Below are positions 23,980 through 33,131 of a DNA stretch of 61,850 bases, piece after piece. The stretch is from an uncultured Bacilli bacterium (GTDB lineage Bacteria > Bacillota_I > Bacilli_A > RF39 > UBA660): positions 1 to 61,850 of the forward strand of contig CANQDI010000001.1 in assembly GCA_947591575.1 (NCBI GenBank), read 5' to 3'. The notes beneath the pieces were generated by a model. The model had not been told where the DNA came from. It saw nothing but the letters and a program-made list of their open reading frames with translations, and made no database searches. The position numbers and the translations under genes are program-made. How positions within the stretch are numbered: the first letter of the stretch is position 1; the number at the start of each line of letters is the position of its first letter.

Positions 23980-25284
23980 CTACTCTTCTATTTGATCTTT
24001 CATAAATCTAATAACAATTTGATAGTCTTTATCAAAATCCATTTCTTCTTTTTCAATATGAATACCAGCTTGTTCTAATTTGTCAATAGTATTACGAACT
24101 TCTTCAATTGCATCTTTCATTGTATAATGATTTCCATTTTCTTCTATAGGAGAAGATGGCTTTTCCTCCTGTAGTTGAGAAGATATTCCTTTAGACTGAA
24201 TGTCTGGTATTTGAAAAGGATTCATAGCTTGATTCATTGTGTTTATATTGTTTGTTGGAACAAGATCAGGCACTTTAAAAAGATCTTCATTTATGGAAGA
24301 ATGAATTGGGGAATTTTCTTCCATACTTGGACGAATAAATTTAAATGTTTCTTGAGGTGGTTCTTGAGTTTCACTTCCCACTTGTAATAGACTGTCTAAA
24401 TCAGCAGCAGGCATTGTATCTTGATGAATATCCTGTGCATTTTGTCTTAAGGCATCTATATCTGGCGTATTGATTGCAGAACTTTCCCCAATATCTCCTA
24501 TATCTTCTTCCTCTTCTAAACCATAATTAATAAATTTAGGAGGAGTACTATAATCAATAATGGATGTATCATCTGTTTGTGGACTAGTTGATCCTTGGAA
24601 AGGCATAATAGGAGGGTTTTGATCTGGAATCATATTGATAGAAGAAGCATTCTGTAAGTCATGCGATGATTCTGCTTTTTCTTTTGGCGGATTGATTTCA
24701 TTTTCAAGTTCTCTTACTGTCATTTTTTTATCAATGACTTTCTTTAACATTTTTTTTTGTTCTTCAGGATTTTCAATACTTAATAAACTTCTTGCATGTC
24801 TTTCTGAAATTTGTTCTTTTAAAACAGCATCTTGTACTGCTTCTGAAAGCGAAAGAAGTCGTAATTTATTAGCGACGGCTCCCTGACTTTTTCCCATTGT
24901 TTTTGCAAGTTCTTCTTGTGTCATCTGATCAAGTTCTAAAATTTTTTGATATGTTCTTGCCTCTTCAATTGGATTTAAGTTCTTACGTTGTAAATTTTCA
25001 AGTAAAGCAACTTTAGAACTTTCTTTATCATCTAAGTTTCTAATAATTGCTGGAATTTTCGTAAGACCTGCTAAAGCACTTGCTTTATATCTTCTTTCTC
25101 CTGCAATAATTTCATATTTATTTCCAATATTTCTTACAATGATAGGTTGAATTACTCCATGTTCTTTAATGGAAATCGCTAGTTCTTTTAAAGCTTTTTC
25201 ATCAAAAATTTCTCTAGGTTGAAAACGATTTGGAATAATATCATCTAAATGTAATAGTACTACTTCATTTTCTCCTTGCATCAT
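23980..25284 (-). CDS. noc: Noc-like ParB-family protein (no N-terminal amphipathic helix; ~187-aa low-complexity insertion)
   Basis: It has the ParB N-domain motifs IIPNRFQPR and GERR. The HTH region reads GKSQGAVANKLRLL and ISERHARSL, which matches B. subtilis Noc (GKGQSTIANKLRLL and ITERHARAL) rather than Spo0J. The C-terminal 45 aa resemble the Noc C-terminus. It sits in the rsmG-noc-soj-spo0J order. Confidence 0.8.
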   Translation of the reverse strand: MMQGENEVVLLHLDDIIPNRFQPREIFDEKALKELAISIKEHGVIQPIIVRNIGNKYEIIAGERRYKASALAGLTKIPAIIRNLDDKESSKVALLENLQRKNLNPIEEARTYQKILELDQMTQEELAKTMGKSQGAVANKLRLLSLSEAVQDAVLKEQISERHARSLLSIENPEEQKKMLKKVIDKKMTVRELENEINPPKEKAESSHDLQNASSINMIPDQNPPIMPFQGSTSPQTDDTSIIDYSTPPKFINYGLEEEEDIGDIGESSAINTPDIDALRQNAQDIHQDTMPAADLDSLLQVGSETQEPPQETFKFIRPSMEENSPIHSSINEDLFKVPDLVPTNNINTMNQAMNPFQIPDIQSKGISSQLQEEKPSSPIEENGNHYTMKDAIEEVRNTIDKLEQAGIHIEKEEMDFDKDYQIVIRFMKDQIEE

Positions 25285-25360
25285 TACACATCCTTTTTAT
25301 TCTTTATAAAACCCTATATTAACATTATAACATGATTTTTGTCATTCGAAAATAATTTTT

Positions 25361-25999
25361 TTATTTTTGAATAAAAGATAATAAAGTCCTTTTACTTTCT
25401 TCTGTTGGAAGATAAAAAGAAATTTCCTTTGTAAGTATTATATTTTTTTTCTTCATCATTTTTCTTACTCCTTCAAGCTCTTCATCAACATTTGCTTTCA
25501 TTGCTAAAAAAACACCATGTTTTTTTACTAAAGGTATACAAATCGGTAATAGCTTATCTAATGGTGCTACTGCTCTTGCAACAACAAGATCAAATTGTTT
25601 TTGATGATACTCCTCTCCTCTTAAATGAATTGCTTCGATATGATCCAGTTTTAAAAAATGAATACATTCATTTAAATAATTTACTCTTTTTTGTAAAGCA
25701 TCTAATAAAACTATTTCAAGATGAGGAAAAACAATTTTTAAAACAATTCCAGGAAAGCCAGCACCACTTCCAACATCACATAATGTTTTTATCTCATTCA
25801 TGTTAATGGCTTTAACAATAGAAAGACTATCATAAAAATGTTTTAAATAAACATCCTCTTTTTTTGTAATTCTTGTTAAATTCATCACACAATTTTTTTG
25901 AATAAGAAACTCATAAAATTTTTCTAATTGATTTTCTTGCTGAATTGATAAATCGATTCCTAATAAATGTAGTTGTTCTTTAAACTCTTTTTGATTCAT
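25361..25999 (-). CDS. rsmG: 16S rRNA (guanine527-N7)-methyltransferase RsmG
   Basis: The 212-aa ORF has the motif LCDVGSGAGFPGIVLKI and lies downstream of mnmG. Confidence 0.93.
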   Translation of the reverse strand: MNQKEFKEQLHLLGIDLSIQQENQLEKFYEFLIQKNCVMNLTRITKKEDVYLKHFYDSLSIVKAINMNEIKTLCDVGSGAGFPGIVLKIVFPHLEIVLLDALQKRVNYLNECIHFLKLDHIEAIHLRGEEYHQKQFDLVVARAVAPLDKLLPICIPLVKKHGVFLAMKANVDEELEGVRKMMKKKNIILTKEISFYLPTEESKRTLLSFIQK

Positions 26000-27848
26000 A
26001 TTGACCTCTTTTTAAATAGATGGAAAGAATAGCAATGTCACTTGGATTTACTCCACTAATCCTACTAGCTTGTCCAAGAGAAGTTGGTCTAATTTCTTCT
26101 AATTTTTGTTTTGCTTCTGAAGCAATATTGGGAATATTTTGATAATGAATTGTTTCTGGAATAGATACATTTTCTAATGCAAGCATCTTTTCTGCTTCTT
26201 TCTCTGCTTTTTTAATGTATCCCTCATATTGAATTTCTATTTCTACTTCTTTTAAAACTTCTTCTTGATAAGGTAAATCAATCCATTTTTTGCAGTGTTC
26301 TATTGTGAACTCAGGGCGTTTTAATAATTCATAAAAAGAAATTCCTGATGAAATAGGACTGCTTCCAATCTGTTGTAAAAAATCATTTAACTCCTTTGTA
26401 GGAGAAATTTTCGTTTTCTTTACTTTTTCTAGTACTTCCAAAATATCTTGTTTTTTGGTAAGAAATTTTTCATATCTTTTGGAATCAATCAATCCGATTT
26501 GATAACCATAAGGACGTAAACGTAAATCTGCATTATCATCTCGTAAAAGAAGACGATATTCTGCACGAGATGTTAATAACCTATAAGGATCTTTTACTCC
26601 TTTTGTGACCAAATCATCGATTAAAACACCAATATAAGATTCATTTCTTTTTAATATAAGAGGTGGTTTCCCTTGCAATTTCAAGCAAGCATTGATTCCT
26701 GCAAGAAGTCCTTGTCCTGCTGCTTCTTCATATCCAGAAGTTCCATTGATTTGACCTGCGGTAAATAAATTTTCAATGATTTTTGTTTCTAATGATGGTT
26801 TTAATTGCTTTGAATCAATTGCATCATATTCAATCGCATAAGCATATTTAACAAATACTGCATCTTCAAGTCCTTTGATACTATGAACAATTTGTTCTTG
26901 AATATCCACTGGCATACTAGTAGATAACCCTTGAATATAAATATCATCATAATACATACTTTCAGGTTCTAAAAATAATTGATGTCTTTCCTTATCGTGA
27001 AAACGTACAACTTTATCTTCAATAGATGGACAATATCTAGGACCAACTCCTTCTACATAACCACCATACATACTAGATTTTTTTAAGTTATCCATAATAA
27101 TTTTGTGTGTTTTTTCGTTAGTGTATGTCAAATAACAAGGTATTTGCAAGTGATAAGCAGTTGAAGTATTACTATCATATGAAAAAGTTAAAAGTTCTTT
27201 GTTCCCCTCTTCAAGGGTTGTTTCTTCAAAATGAATACTCTCTTTTTTTATTCGAGGAGGTGTGCCTGTTTTTAATCTCAAAATAGAAAATCCTAATTTT
27301 TTTAATTTATCACTTAGAAAAAGACTAGATCTTTCTCCATGAGGTCCTTCACTTTTCTTTTGATCTCCTATCAATATAGAAGCTTTTAAATAAGTGCCTG
27401 TCGTTAAAATAACTACTTTAGAAAAAATGTGAGTTCCATCTTCTAAGACTACACCTTTTATCGTTTTATTTTCTACGATTAAATCTTCTACAAGACTTTC
27501 TTTTAAAATAAGATTTTTTTGTTTTTCTAATGTTTTTTTCATTTTTTGTGGATAAGTTATTTTGTCTGCTTGGGCTCGTAATGCCCAAACAGCAGGCCCT
27601 TTTTTTGTATTCAAACGTTTCATCTGTAATGAGGATTTGTCTATATTTCTGGCCATTTCTCCACCTAAAGCATCTATTTCTCTTACAACAATCCCTTTAG
27701 CAGGCCCACCAATAGAAGGATTACAAGGCATATCTGCAATATTTTTTAGGTTTCCTGTTACTAATAATGTTTTTTGGCCTAATCTTGCGCAAGCTAATGC
27801 CGCTTCACATCCAGCATGTCCTCCACCTACTACAATTACATCATACAT
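25980..27848 (-). CDS. mnmG: tRNA uridine 5-carboxymethylaminomethyl modification enzyme MnmG (GidA)
   Basis: The 622-aa ORF starts with the FAD motif YDVIVVGGGHAGCEAA. Confidence 0.97.
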   Translation of the reverse strand: MYDVIVVGGGHAGCEAALACARLGQKTLLVTGNLKNIADMPCNPSIGGPAKGIVVREIDALGGEMARNIDKSSLQMKRLNTKKGPAVWALRAQADKITYPQKMKKTLEKQKNLILKESLVEDLIVENKTIKGVVLEDGTHIFSKVVILTTGTYLKASILIGDQKKSEGPHGERSSLFLSDKLKKLGFSILRLKTGTPPRIKKESIHFEETTLEEGNKELLTFSYDSNTSTAYHLQIPCYLTYTNEKTHKIIMDNLKKSSMYGGYVEGVGPRYCPSIEDKVVRFHDKERHQLFLEPESMYYDDIYIQGLSTSMPVDIQEQIVHSIKGLEDAVFVKYAYAIEYDAIDSKQLKPSLETKIIENLFTAGQINGTSGYEEAAGQGLLAGINACLKLQGKPPLILKRNESYIGVLIDDLVTKGVKDPYRLLTSRAEYRLLLRDDNADLRLRPYGYQIGLIDSKRYEKFLTKKQDILEVLEKVKKTKISPTKELNDFLQQIGSSPISSGISFYELLKRPEFTIEHCKKWIDLPYQEEVLKEVEIEIQYEGYIKKAEKEAEKMLALENVSIPETIHYQNIPNIASEAKQKLEEIRPTSLGQASRISGVNPSDIAILSIYLKRGQYESKRV

Positions 27849-27858
27849 TTTTTACCAC

Positions 27859-29214
27859 CTACTTTCCAACACAAAAATTTGCAAATAAAGTATCTAGAAT
27901 TTCATCTTGATATGTATCTCCTGTAATCATACCTAATGTATCTAGAATTTCTTTTAAATCGAAAGAAATCATATCGAGTTCAATTCCTTTTTGTAAAGAC
28001 TTTTTTACCTCTTCTAACAATTCACTTGCTTTTTCTGCAAGATGAACTTGTCTTGTATTTAAAAAAATCCTTTGATCTTCTTCTTCTAATTCTTCCTGTT
28101 CAAACATTTTTAAAATTTCTTGTTTTAATTCTTGAAGTCCTTCTAGTGTTTGCGTTGTCGTATATACTACATGCGGAAAAGAAATATCCTCTCGCATAAT
28201 TTTTGCAGGTATATCTGATTTATTTAATACGATGATCGTTTTATCTTTATTCAATGTATCTAGAAGTTTTTTTTCATCCTCGCTCATAGAATTTGAACGA
28301 TCGAGAACATAAAGTACAAGACTTGCCTCTTTTAATAGCTGTTTGCTTTTTTCAACGCCTATTTTTTCAACAACATCATTCGTATCTCTAATGCCTGCAG
28401 TATCCATCATTTGTAAAGTAAGGTTTCCTAATTGAATTTCTCCTTCCACAATATCTCTTGTTGTTCCTGCTATAGAAGTAACAATTGCTTTTTCTTCTTC
28501 AAGAAAATGATTTAAAATACTACTTTTTCCTACATTTGGACGTCCTACAATCGCTGTTTGAATTCCATTTTTTAAAAGTTGATGATTTTTGGAATGAATA
28601 ATAATTTCTTCTAGTTTTTCTGTTAATTCATTTAGTAATATTAAAAGTTTGTCTTTGGTCATTTGTTCAATATCATGATATTCTGGATAATCAATATTGA
28701 CTTCGATTGAGGCAATGATCATTTTTAATTTTTCTCTAAATTCTTTCACTAATTGAGAAGTACTACCGCGCAAGGAAGAAAGGGCTATTTTTCTTGTTTT
28801 TTCATTTTTACTTTCAATCAATTCCATGATTGCTTCTGCTTGTGATAAATCAATTCTTCCATTTAAAAAAGCCCGTTTTGTAAATTCACCTGGTTCTGCT
28901 AAACGAATACCTATTGATAATAATCGTTCCAAAACTTTTTGAGTAGTCAAAATTCCACCATGGCAATTAATTTCTACCACATCTTCACGAGTAAATGTTC
29001 TAGGAGCTTTCATAACACTGATTAAAACTTCATCAATAATTTCATTTTCTCGCATAATAAATCCATAATGGATCGTGTGACTTTCGACTTTTTCTAGATT
29101 TTTTCCTTTAAAAATGGTATTTACCTTTTGAATAGCATCTTTTCCACTAACTCGAATAATTGAAATAGCTCCTATTCCTAATTTTGTTGCAATAGCACAG
29201 ATTGTATCATTCAT
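27859..29214 (-). CDS. mnmE: tRNA modification GTPase MnmE (TrmE)
   Basis: The 451-aa ORF has the G1 motif GRPNVGKSS and the C-terminal FCVGK motif. Confidence 0.97.
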   Translation of the reverse strand: MNDTICAIATKLGIGAISIIRVSGKDAIQKVNTIFKGKNLEKVESHTIHYGFIMRENEIIDEVLISVMKAPRTFTREDVVEINCHGGILTTQKVLERLLSIGIRLAEPGEFTKRAFLNGRIDLSQAEAIMELIESKNEKTRKIALSSLRGSTSQLVKEFREKLKMIIASIEVNIDYPEYHDIEQMTKDKLLILLNELTEKLEEIIIHSKNHQLLKNGIQTAIVGRPNVGKSSILNHFLEEEKAIVTSIAGTTRDIVEGEIQLGNLTLQMMDTAGIRDTNDVVEKIGVEKSKQLLKEASLVLYVLDRSNSMSEDEKKLLDTLNKDKTIIVLNKSDIPAKIMREDISFPHVVYTTTQTLEGLQELKQEILKMFEQEELEEEDQRIFLNTRQVHLAEKASELLEEVKKSLQKGIELDMISFDLKEILDTLGMITGDTYQDEILDTLFANFCVGK

Positions 29215-29286
29215 ACTTTCAACTCCTATTTGCTATATCACTTTTGCGCACCTATTATAACATGTTTTTACCAAAAGAAAAAGAGT

Positions 29287-29901
29287 TTATTTCTCCTCTT
29301 CTTTTGGTTTAATGACAACTGCTCGATTTGGTTCTTCTCCAATGCTTTCAGTATACACATATTTATTTTTAGAAAGAGCATTATGTACAATTCTTCTTTC
29401 ATAAGAATTCATGGAATCCATTTTGACTGCTACTTGACTTTCTTTGACTTCTTTTGCAAGGCGACGAGCTAAAAACTCAATATTTTTTTCTTTCTTTTCT
29501 TTATAATCACTAACATTTAATAAGAATTTATATGTTTCTCCAATTTCATTTTTTATCATTTGATTAACCAAAGTAAAAAGGGCATTTAAATTTCTTCCAT
29601 TCTTACCTATTAATAGAGAATCATGATCTGAATAAATTGTATAAATAGGAGTATCCTTTGAAGAGCGAATTTCTATTTTCGCTTCAAATCCTAAGTCTTT
29701 TAAAAGATTACTTAGTACTTCCTTAACGTAAGGTTTTATATTTCTTTTTTCAATAACTTCAATTTCAATCTTTTTTCCAAATAAACTTTTTTGCTCTCCT
29801 ATTTCTCGAATAATTAAGTTTTCTTCCACTTCTTGTAATGAAATTTTTGCTTGATTGATTGCATCTTCTTTATTTTTTCCTACAAATTTATGCTTTTCCA
29901 T
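29287..29901 (-). CDS. jag: KH/R3H RNA-binding protein Jag (KhpB)
   Basis: The 204-aa ORF has a KH-like core and an R3H motif (ERRIVHNALS). It overlaps the yidC stop, as in the spoIIIJ-jag operon. Confidence 0.85.
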   Translation of the reverse strand: MEKHKFVGKNKEDAINQAKISLQEVEENLIIREIGEQKSLFGKKIEIEVIEKRNIKPYVKEVLSNLLKDLGFEAKIEIRSSKDTPIYTIYSDHDSLLIGKNGRNLNALFTLVNQMIKNEIGETYKFLLNVSDYKEKKEKNIEFLARRLAKEVKESQVAVKMDSMNSYERRIVHNALSKNKYVYTESIGEEPNRAVVIKPKEEEK

Positions 29902-30817
29902 GATATTCCTTACTCCTTTTTACTAATAAATTCTGTATGATTGTAAACAAGTTACTTGTTATCCAATAAATTCCTAGTGCTGATGGCATAAATAAACCTG
30001 TAATAAAGATAATTCCTGTCATCATATATGGCATCATTTTCATAGAAGGATCCATATTAGCTGTCGCATTTAATTTAAAAGAAAAGTAAGTAGATAAAGC
30101 GATTAAAATCATTATCAAAATATACCCAATAATCATATTAGTCCCAAATCCTATAATAGGAGTGGTTCCTAATTGAATTCCAAGAAATGTATCTTCGAAG
30201 ATTGCAGGAACTCGATTAATTGCTTCAAAAAAGGCAATAAATAAAGGAAGTTGTATAAAGGAGAAAAGACATCCACTCATAGGACTGATATTATATTTTT
30301 TATAAATCATCATCATTTCCTGACTTTGCTTCATCATTGATTCTTGATCAGTTTTTCCTTCATATTTTTTCTTTAAACGTTCAAGTTCTGGATTTGCTTT
30401 TTTTAATAATTCAGATTGCATTGCTGTTTTTTTTGTAACCGGATAAGCAATAAATCGAATAACTAAGCTGACAATAATTAACGCAATAGCAAAGCTTCCA
30501 ACATATTTTCCAATCCATAATATAACAAAAGCAAGTGGTTTAATTAAAAGACTTGTCCACAATCCTTCATATTTTCCAGAAGTGATTTTAAATTGATCAC
30601 AATCTGGTAATTTATCGATTTTTACACCATTTTTTTCATATGTTTGAATCGTCATTTCAGATGTTGGTTTACATAATATATTTTCTGTTAGAGATTGACC
30701 TGTTTCAGGATTTTTAACAGGTTTCTTATCTTTATCAACTAAAGTAGTCGCACATCCTGTCATTAAGAATAGAACCATCAACAAAAGAAATACTTTTAAT
30801 CCTTTTTTTATTTTCAT
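29888..30817 (-). CDS. yidC: membrane protein insertase YidC (SpoIIIJ/OxaA type lipoprotein)
   Basis: It has a lipobox (LMTGC) and a polytopic core with the conserved MQSELLKKANPELERLKKKY segment. It lies downstream of rnpA. Confidence 0.92.
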   Translation of the reverse strand: MKIKKGLKVFLLLMVLFLMTGCATTLVDKDKKPVKNPETGQSLTENILCKPTSEMTIQTYEKNGVKIDKLPDCDQFKITSGKYEGLWTSLLIKPLAFVILWIGKYVGSFAIALIIVSLVIRFIAYPVTKKTAMQSELLKKANPELERLKKKYEGKTDQESMMKQSQEMMMIYKKYNISPMSGCLFSFIQLPLFIAFFEAINRVPAIFEDTFLGIQLGTTPIIGFGTNMIIGYILIMILIALSTYFSFKLNATANMDPSMKMMPYMMTGIIFITGLFMPSALGIYWITSNLFTIIQNLLVKRSKEYHGKA

Positions 30818-30818
30818 T

Positions 30819-31154
30819 TTATTGCTCCTTTTCTATTTGTGTTAGTAACTCAATGATACTTTGTTTTTGAACTTCATAACTTGTTCCAATACAGCTCTTT
30901 CTTATCATTATAATACAGTTATAAGAATTTGGATAGTTCTTTTTATAAAAGGATAAAATTTCTCTTGTTCTTCTCTTTAAAAAATTTCTTACATGTGCTT
31001 TACCACATTTTTTAGGAACTGTAATGCCATAAAAAGTGTTTTCGAAGGGCGATTTTTCATAAAAAATAAGTACATATTTATTTTTTTTCATTGGACAATT
31101 TTGAATCATTCGATCAAATTCCTTACTATCTTTTATGGTTTCGCTTTTTTTCAT
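30819..31154 (-). CDS. rnpA: ribonuclease P protein component
   Basis: The 111-aa basic protein has the RNR-type motif KCGKAHVRNFLKRRTRE and lies downstream of rpmH. Confidence 0.9.
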   Translation of the reverse strand: MKKSETIKDSKEFDRMIQNCPMKKNKYVLIFYEKSPFENTFYGITVPKKCGKAHVRNFLKRRTREILSFYKKNYPNSYNCIIMIRKSCIGTSYEVQKQSIIELLTQIEKEQ

Positions 31155-31170
31155 TCTATCCCTCCTTTAA

Positions 31171-31198
31171 AAAGTAAAAAACCACTGTCTATCAGTGG
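31171..31198 (-). terminator. hairpin plus U-run between rpmH and rnpA (partial terminator)
   Basis: The minus strand reads CCACTG, loop ATAGA, CAGTGG, then TTTTTTACTTT. Confidence 0.5.
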
Positions 31199-31199
31199 A

Positions 31200-31322
31200 T
31201 TATTTACATAATTCCTTACGTCCCTTTTGACGACGGTTTTTAATTACTTTTGTTTTCATACGTGCAAAAAAACCATGTTTTTTAGCTTTTTTTCTCTTAT
31301 TAGGTTGAAAAGTTCTCTTCAT
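31200..31322 (-). CDS. rpmH: 50S ribosomal protein L34
   Basis: My hand translation of the minus strand gives [40 protein letters not shown] (40 aa), preceded by GGAGG. It is too short for the ORF track. It sits in the classic rpmH-rnpA position beside oriC. Confidence 0.9.
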   Translation of the reverse strand: MKRTFQPNKRKKAKKHGFFARMKTKVIKNRRQKGRKELCK

Positions 31323-31395
31323 CTATTACACCTCCAAACATAAATCTCCATTATTATAAGGGTATTCTTCTCTTTTTGTCAATTGCATTTTTTTG

Positions 31396-31570
31396 TTTTC
31401 CACTTTATTCACATCCTGTTGATATTCTTTTTTCACATTGTGCAATAAAAATTGTGGAAACTGTGGATAAGTTTCTTTTTCTTTGATTTTATAAGTCATT
31501 TAATTGTGAATAAAATTGTGAATTTCTTGTGCAAAAAAATTTTTGAAATTTTTCTGTTTATTTTTCCACA
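31396..31570. other. oriC part 1: DnaA-box cluster upstream of dnaA
   Basis: There is one perfect DnaA box, TGTGGATAA, at 31462-31470 (reverse orientation). Near-consensus boxes are TTATTCACA at 31405-31413, TGTGAATAA at 31505-31513 and TTTTCCACA at 31562-31570. Weaker boxes lie at 31396-31404, 31453-31461 and 31517-31525. A TATAAT lies at 31583-31588. Confidence 0.8.
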
Positions 31571-31621
31571 AATTTAGTCTATTATAATGGTAAATTCTTT
31601 ATTTTTAGGGGAGATGGTCGG

Positions 31622-32989
31622 ATGAATGTAGACATTTTATTTCAAAATGCACTAAAAATCATTAAAGAAGAACTATCTTCCCTTTCTTTTAATACTTGGT
31701 TTGAAGAATTAAAATTAGTTTCTTTAAAAGATGGTATTGCTACATTTCAAGTTCCAATGGCAATACATAAAAAACAATTAAACAATAACTATTATGATAT
31801 TATAAAAAATGCTCTTAACCAAATAACTGGAACAAATTTTGATTTAGAGTTTTTGCTAGAAGATGAAATTCAATCAAAAGAAGAAGCAAAGCAAAAAGAA
31901 AATAAACAAGAAGAAATAGGTGTTCCTCAGGAATTTAAAAATCGATCCAATTTAAATAGTAATTATACCTTTGATAATTTTGTTGTAGGAAATAGTAATA
32001 AATTTGCACAAGCTGCGGCATTATCTGTGGCAGAAAATCCTGGAAAAATGTATAATCCTTTATTTTTATATGGAAACAGTGGTCTTGGAAAAACACACTT
32101 GATGCATGCCATTGGAAATTATATTATTCAAAATAGTAATCGTAAAGTACTTTATGTTACAAGTGATCAATTTATTAACGATTTTATTAACATCAATAAA
32201 AAAGATGATCAAGGAACAAATTTTAATTACGTTGACTTTTTTAAAAATAAATATCGAAACATTGATGTTTTAATCATTGATGATATTCAATTTTTAGGCG
32301 GAGCAACCCAAACACAACAAGAATTTTTCCATACTTTCAATACTCTATATGATGATAGTAAACAAATTATTATCTCTTCTGATCGTTCACCAGATGATTT
32401 AAAATTATTAGAGGAAAGACTGAGAACTCGCTTTTGTTGGGGATTAACAGTAAATATTTTTCCACCTGATTTTTCTTTAAGAACTGAAATCTTGCGAAAA
32501 AAAATTTTGGCAGGACATTTTGAACAAGATATTCCAGAAGATGTAATTGAATATATTGCATCAAATATAGGAAGTGATGTACGACAATTAGAAGGTTCAA
32601 TTACAAGATTAGTTGCTTATTCCACAATTATGGGAGGTGCCTCCATTACTTTAGATCTTGCCATTGATGCTTTAAAAGATTTTATTAGTAAAGGAATTAG
32701 TGAAAAAAATGATATTGCAAGAATTCAAAAACTTGTTGCAGAATTTTTTCAAATTAATGTAGAGGATATTCGCTCCAAAAAAAGAAGTGCTAACATTGCT
32801 TTTCCACGACAAGTAGCCATGTATCTTTGTAGAACGATGACTTCTGAATCTTTCCCTAAAATTGGAACAGAATTTGGTGGAAAAGATCATTCAACTGTTA
32901 TGCATTCCGTAGAAAAGATTGAAAAAGAAATAAAAGTTAACCCAGATTTAGCAAATATTATTGAGAAACTCAAAAAGGATATTGAATAG
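31622..32989 (+). CDS. dnaA: chromosomal replication initiator protein DnaA
   Basis: The 455-aa ORF has the AAA+ Walker A motif GNSGLGKTHLMHA and the C-terminal DNA-binding signature (FGGKDHSTVMHSVEKI). Confidence 0.98.
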   Translation: MNVDILFQNALKIIKEELSSLSFNTWFEELKLVSLKDGIATFQVPMAIHKKQLNNNYYDIIKNALNQITGTNFDLEFLLEDEIQSKEEAKQKENKQEEIGVPQEFKNRSNLNSNYTFDNFVVGNSNKFAQAAALSVAENPGKMYNPLFLYGNSGLGKTHLMHAIGNYIIQNSNRKVLYVTSDQFINDFININKKDDQGTNFNYVDFFKNKYRNIDVLIIDDIQFLGGATQTQQEFFHTFNTLYDDSKQIIISSDRSPDDLKLLEERLRTRFCWGLTVNIFPPDFSLRTEILRKKILAGHFEQDIPEDVIEYIASNIGSDVRQLEGSITRLVAYSTIMGGASITLDLAIDALKDFISKGISEKNDIARIQKLVAEFFQINVEDIRSKKRSANIAFPRQVAMYLCRTMTSESFPKIGTEFGGKDHSTVMHSVEKIEKEIKVNPDLANIIEKLKKDIE

Positions 32990-32992
32990 GGG

Positions 32993-33120
32993 TGTGGAAA
33001 AGAAAAAGATAAACACAGGATTTTCCACAATCAAAAAAACGTGGTAGAATAGAAAACTATAGGAAATTTAGCGTTATTCACAATTTCCACAGTAATAATA
33101 AAAATAGTATTTAAAGAAAG
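32993..33120. other. oriC part 2: DnaA boxes plus AT-rich candidate unwinding region between dnaA and dnaN
   Basis: Boxes are TGTGGAAAA at 32993-33001, TTTTCCACA at 33021-33029, TTATTCACA at 33074-33082 and ATTTCCACA at 33083-33091. They are followed directly by G-TAA-TAA-TAA-AAA-TAG-TAT and further A/T sequence. Confidence 0.72.
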
Positions 33121-33131
33121 AAGGAATTTAT

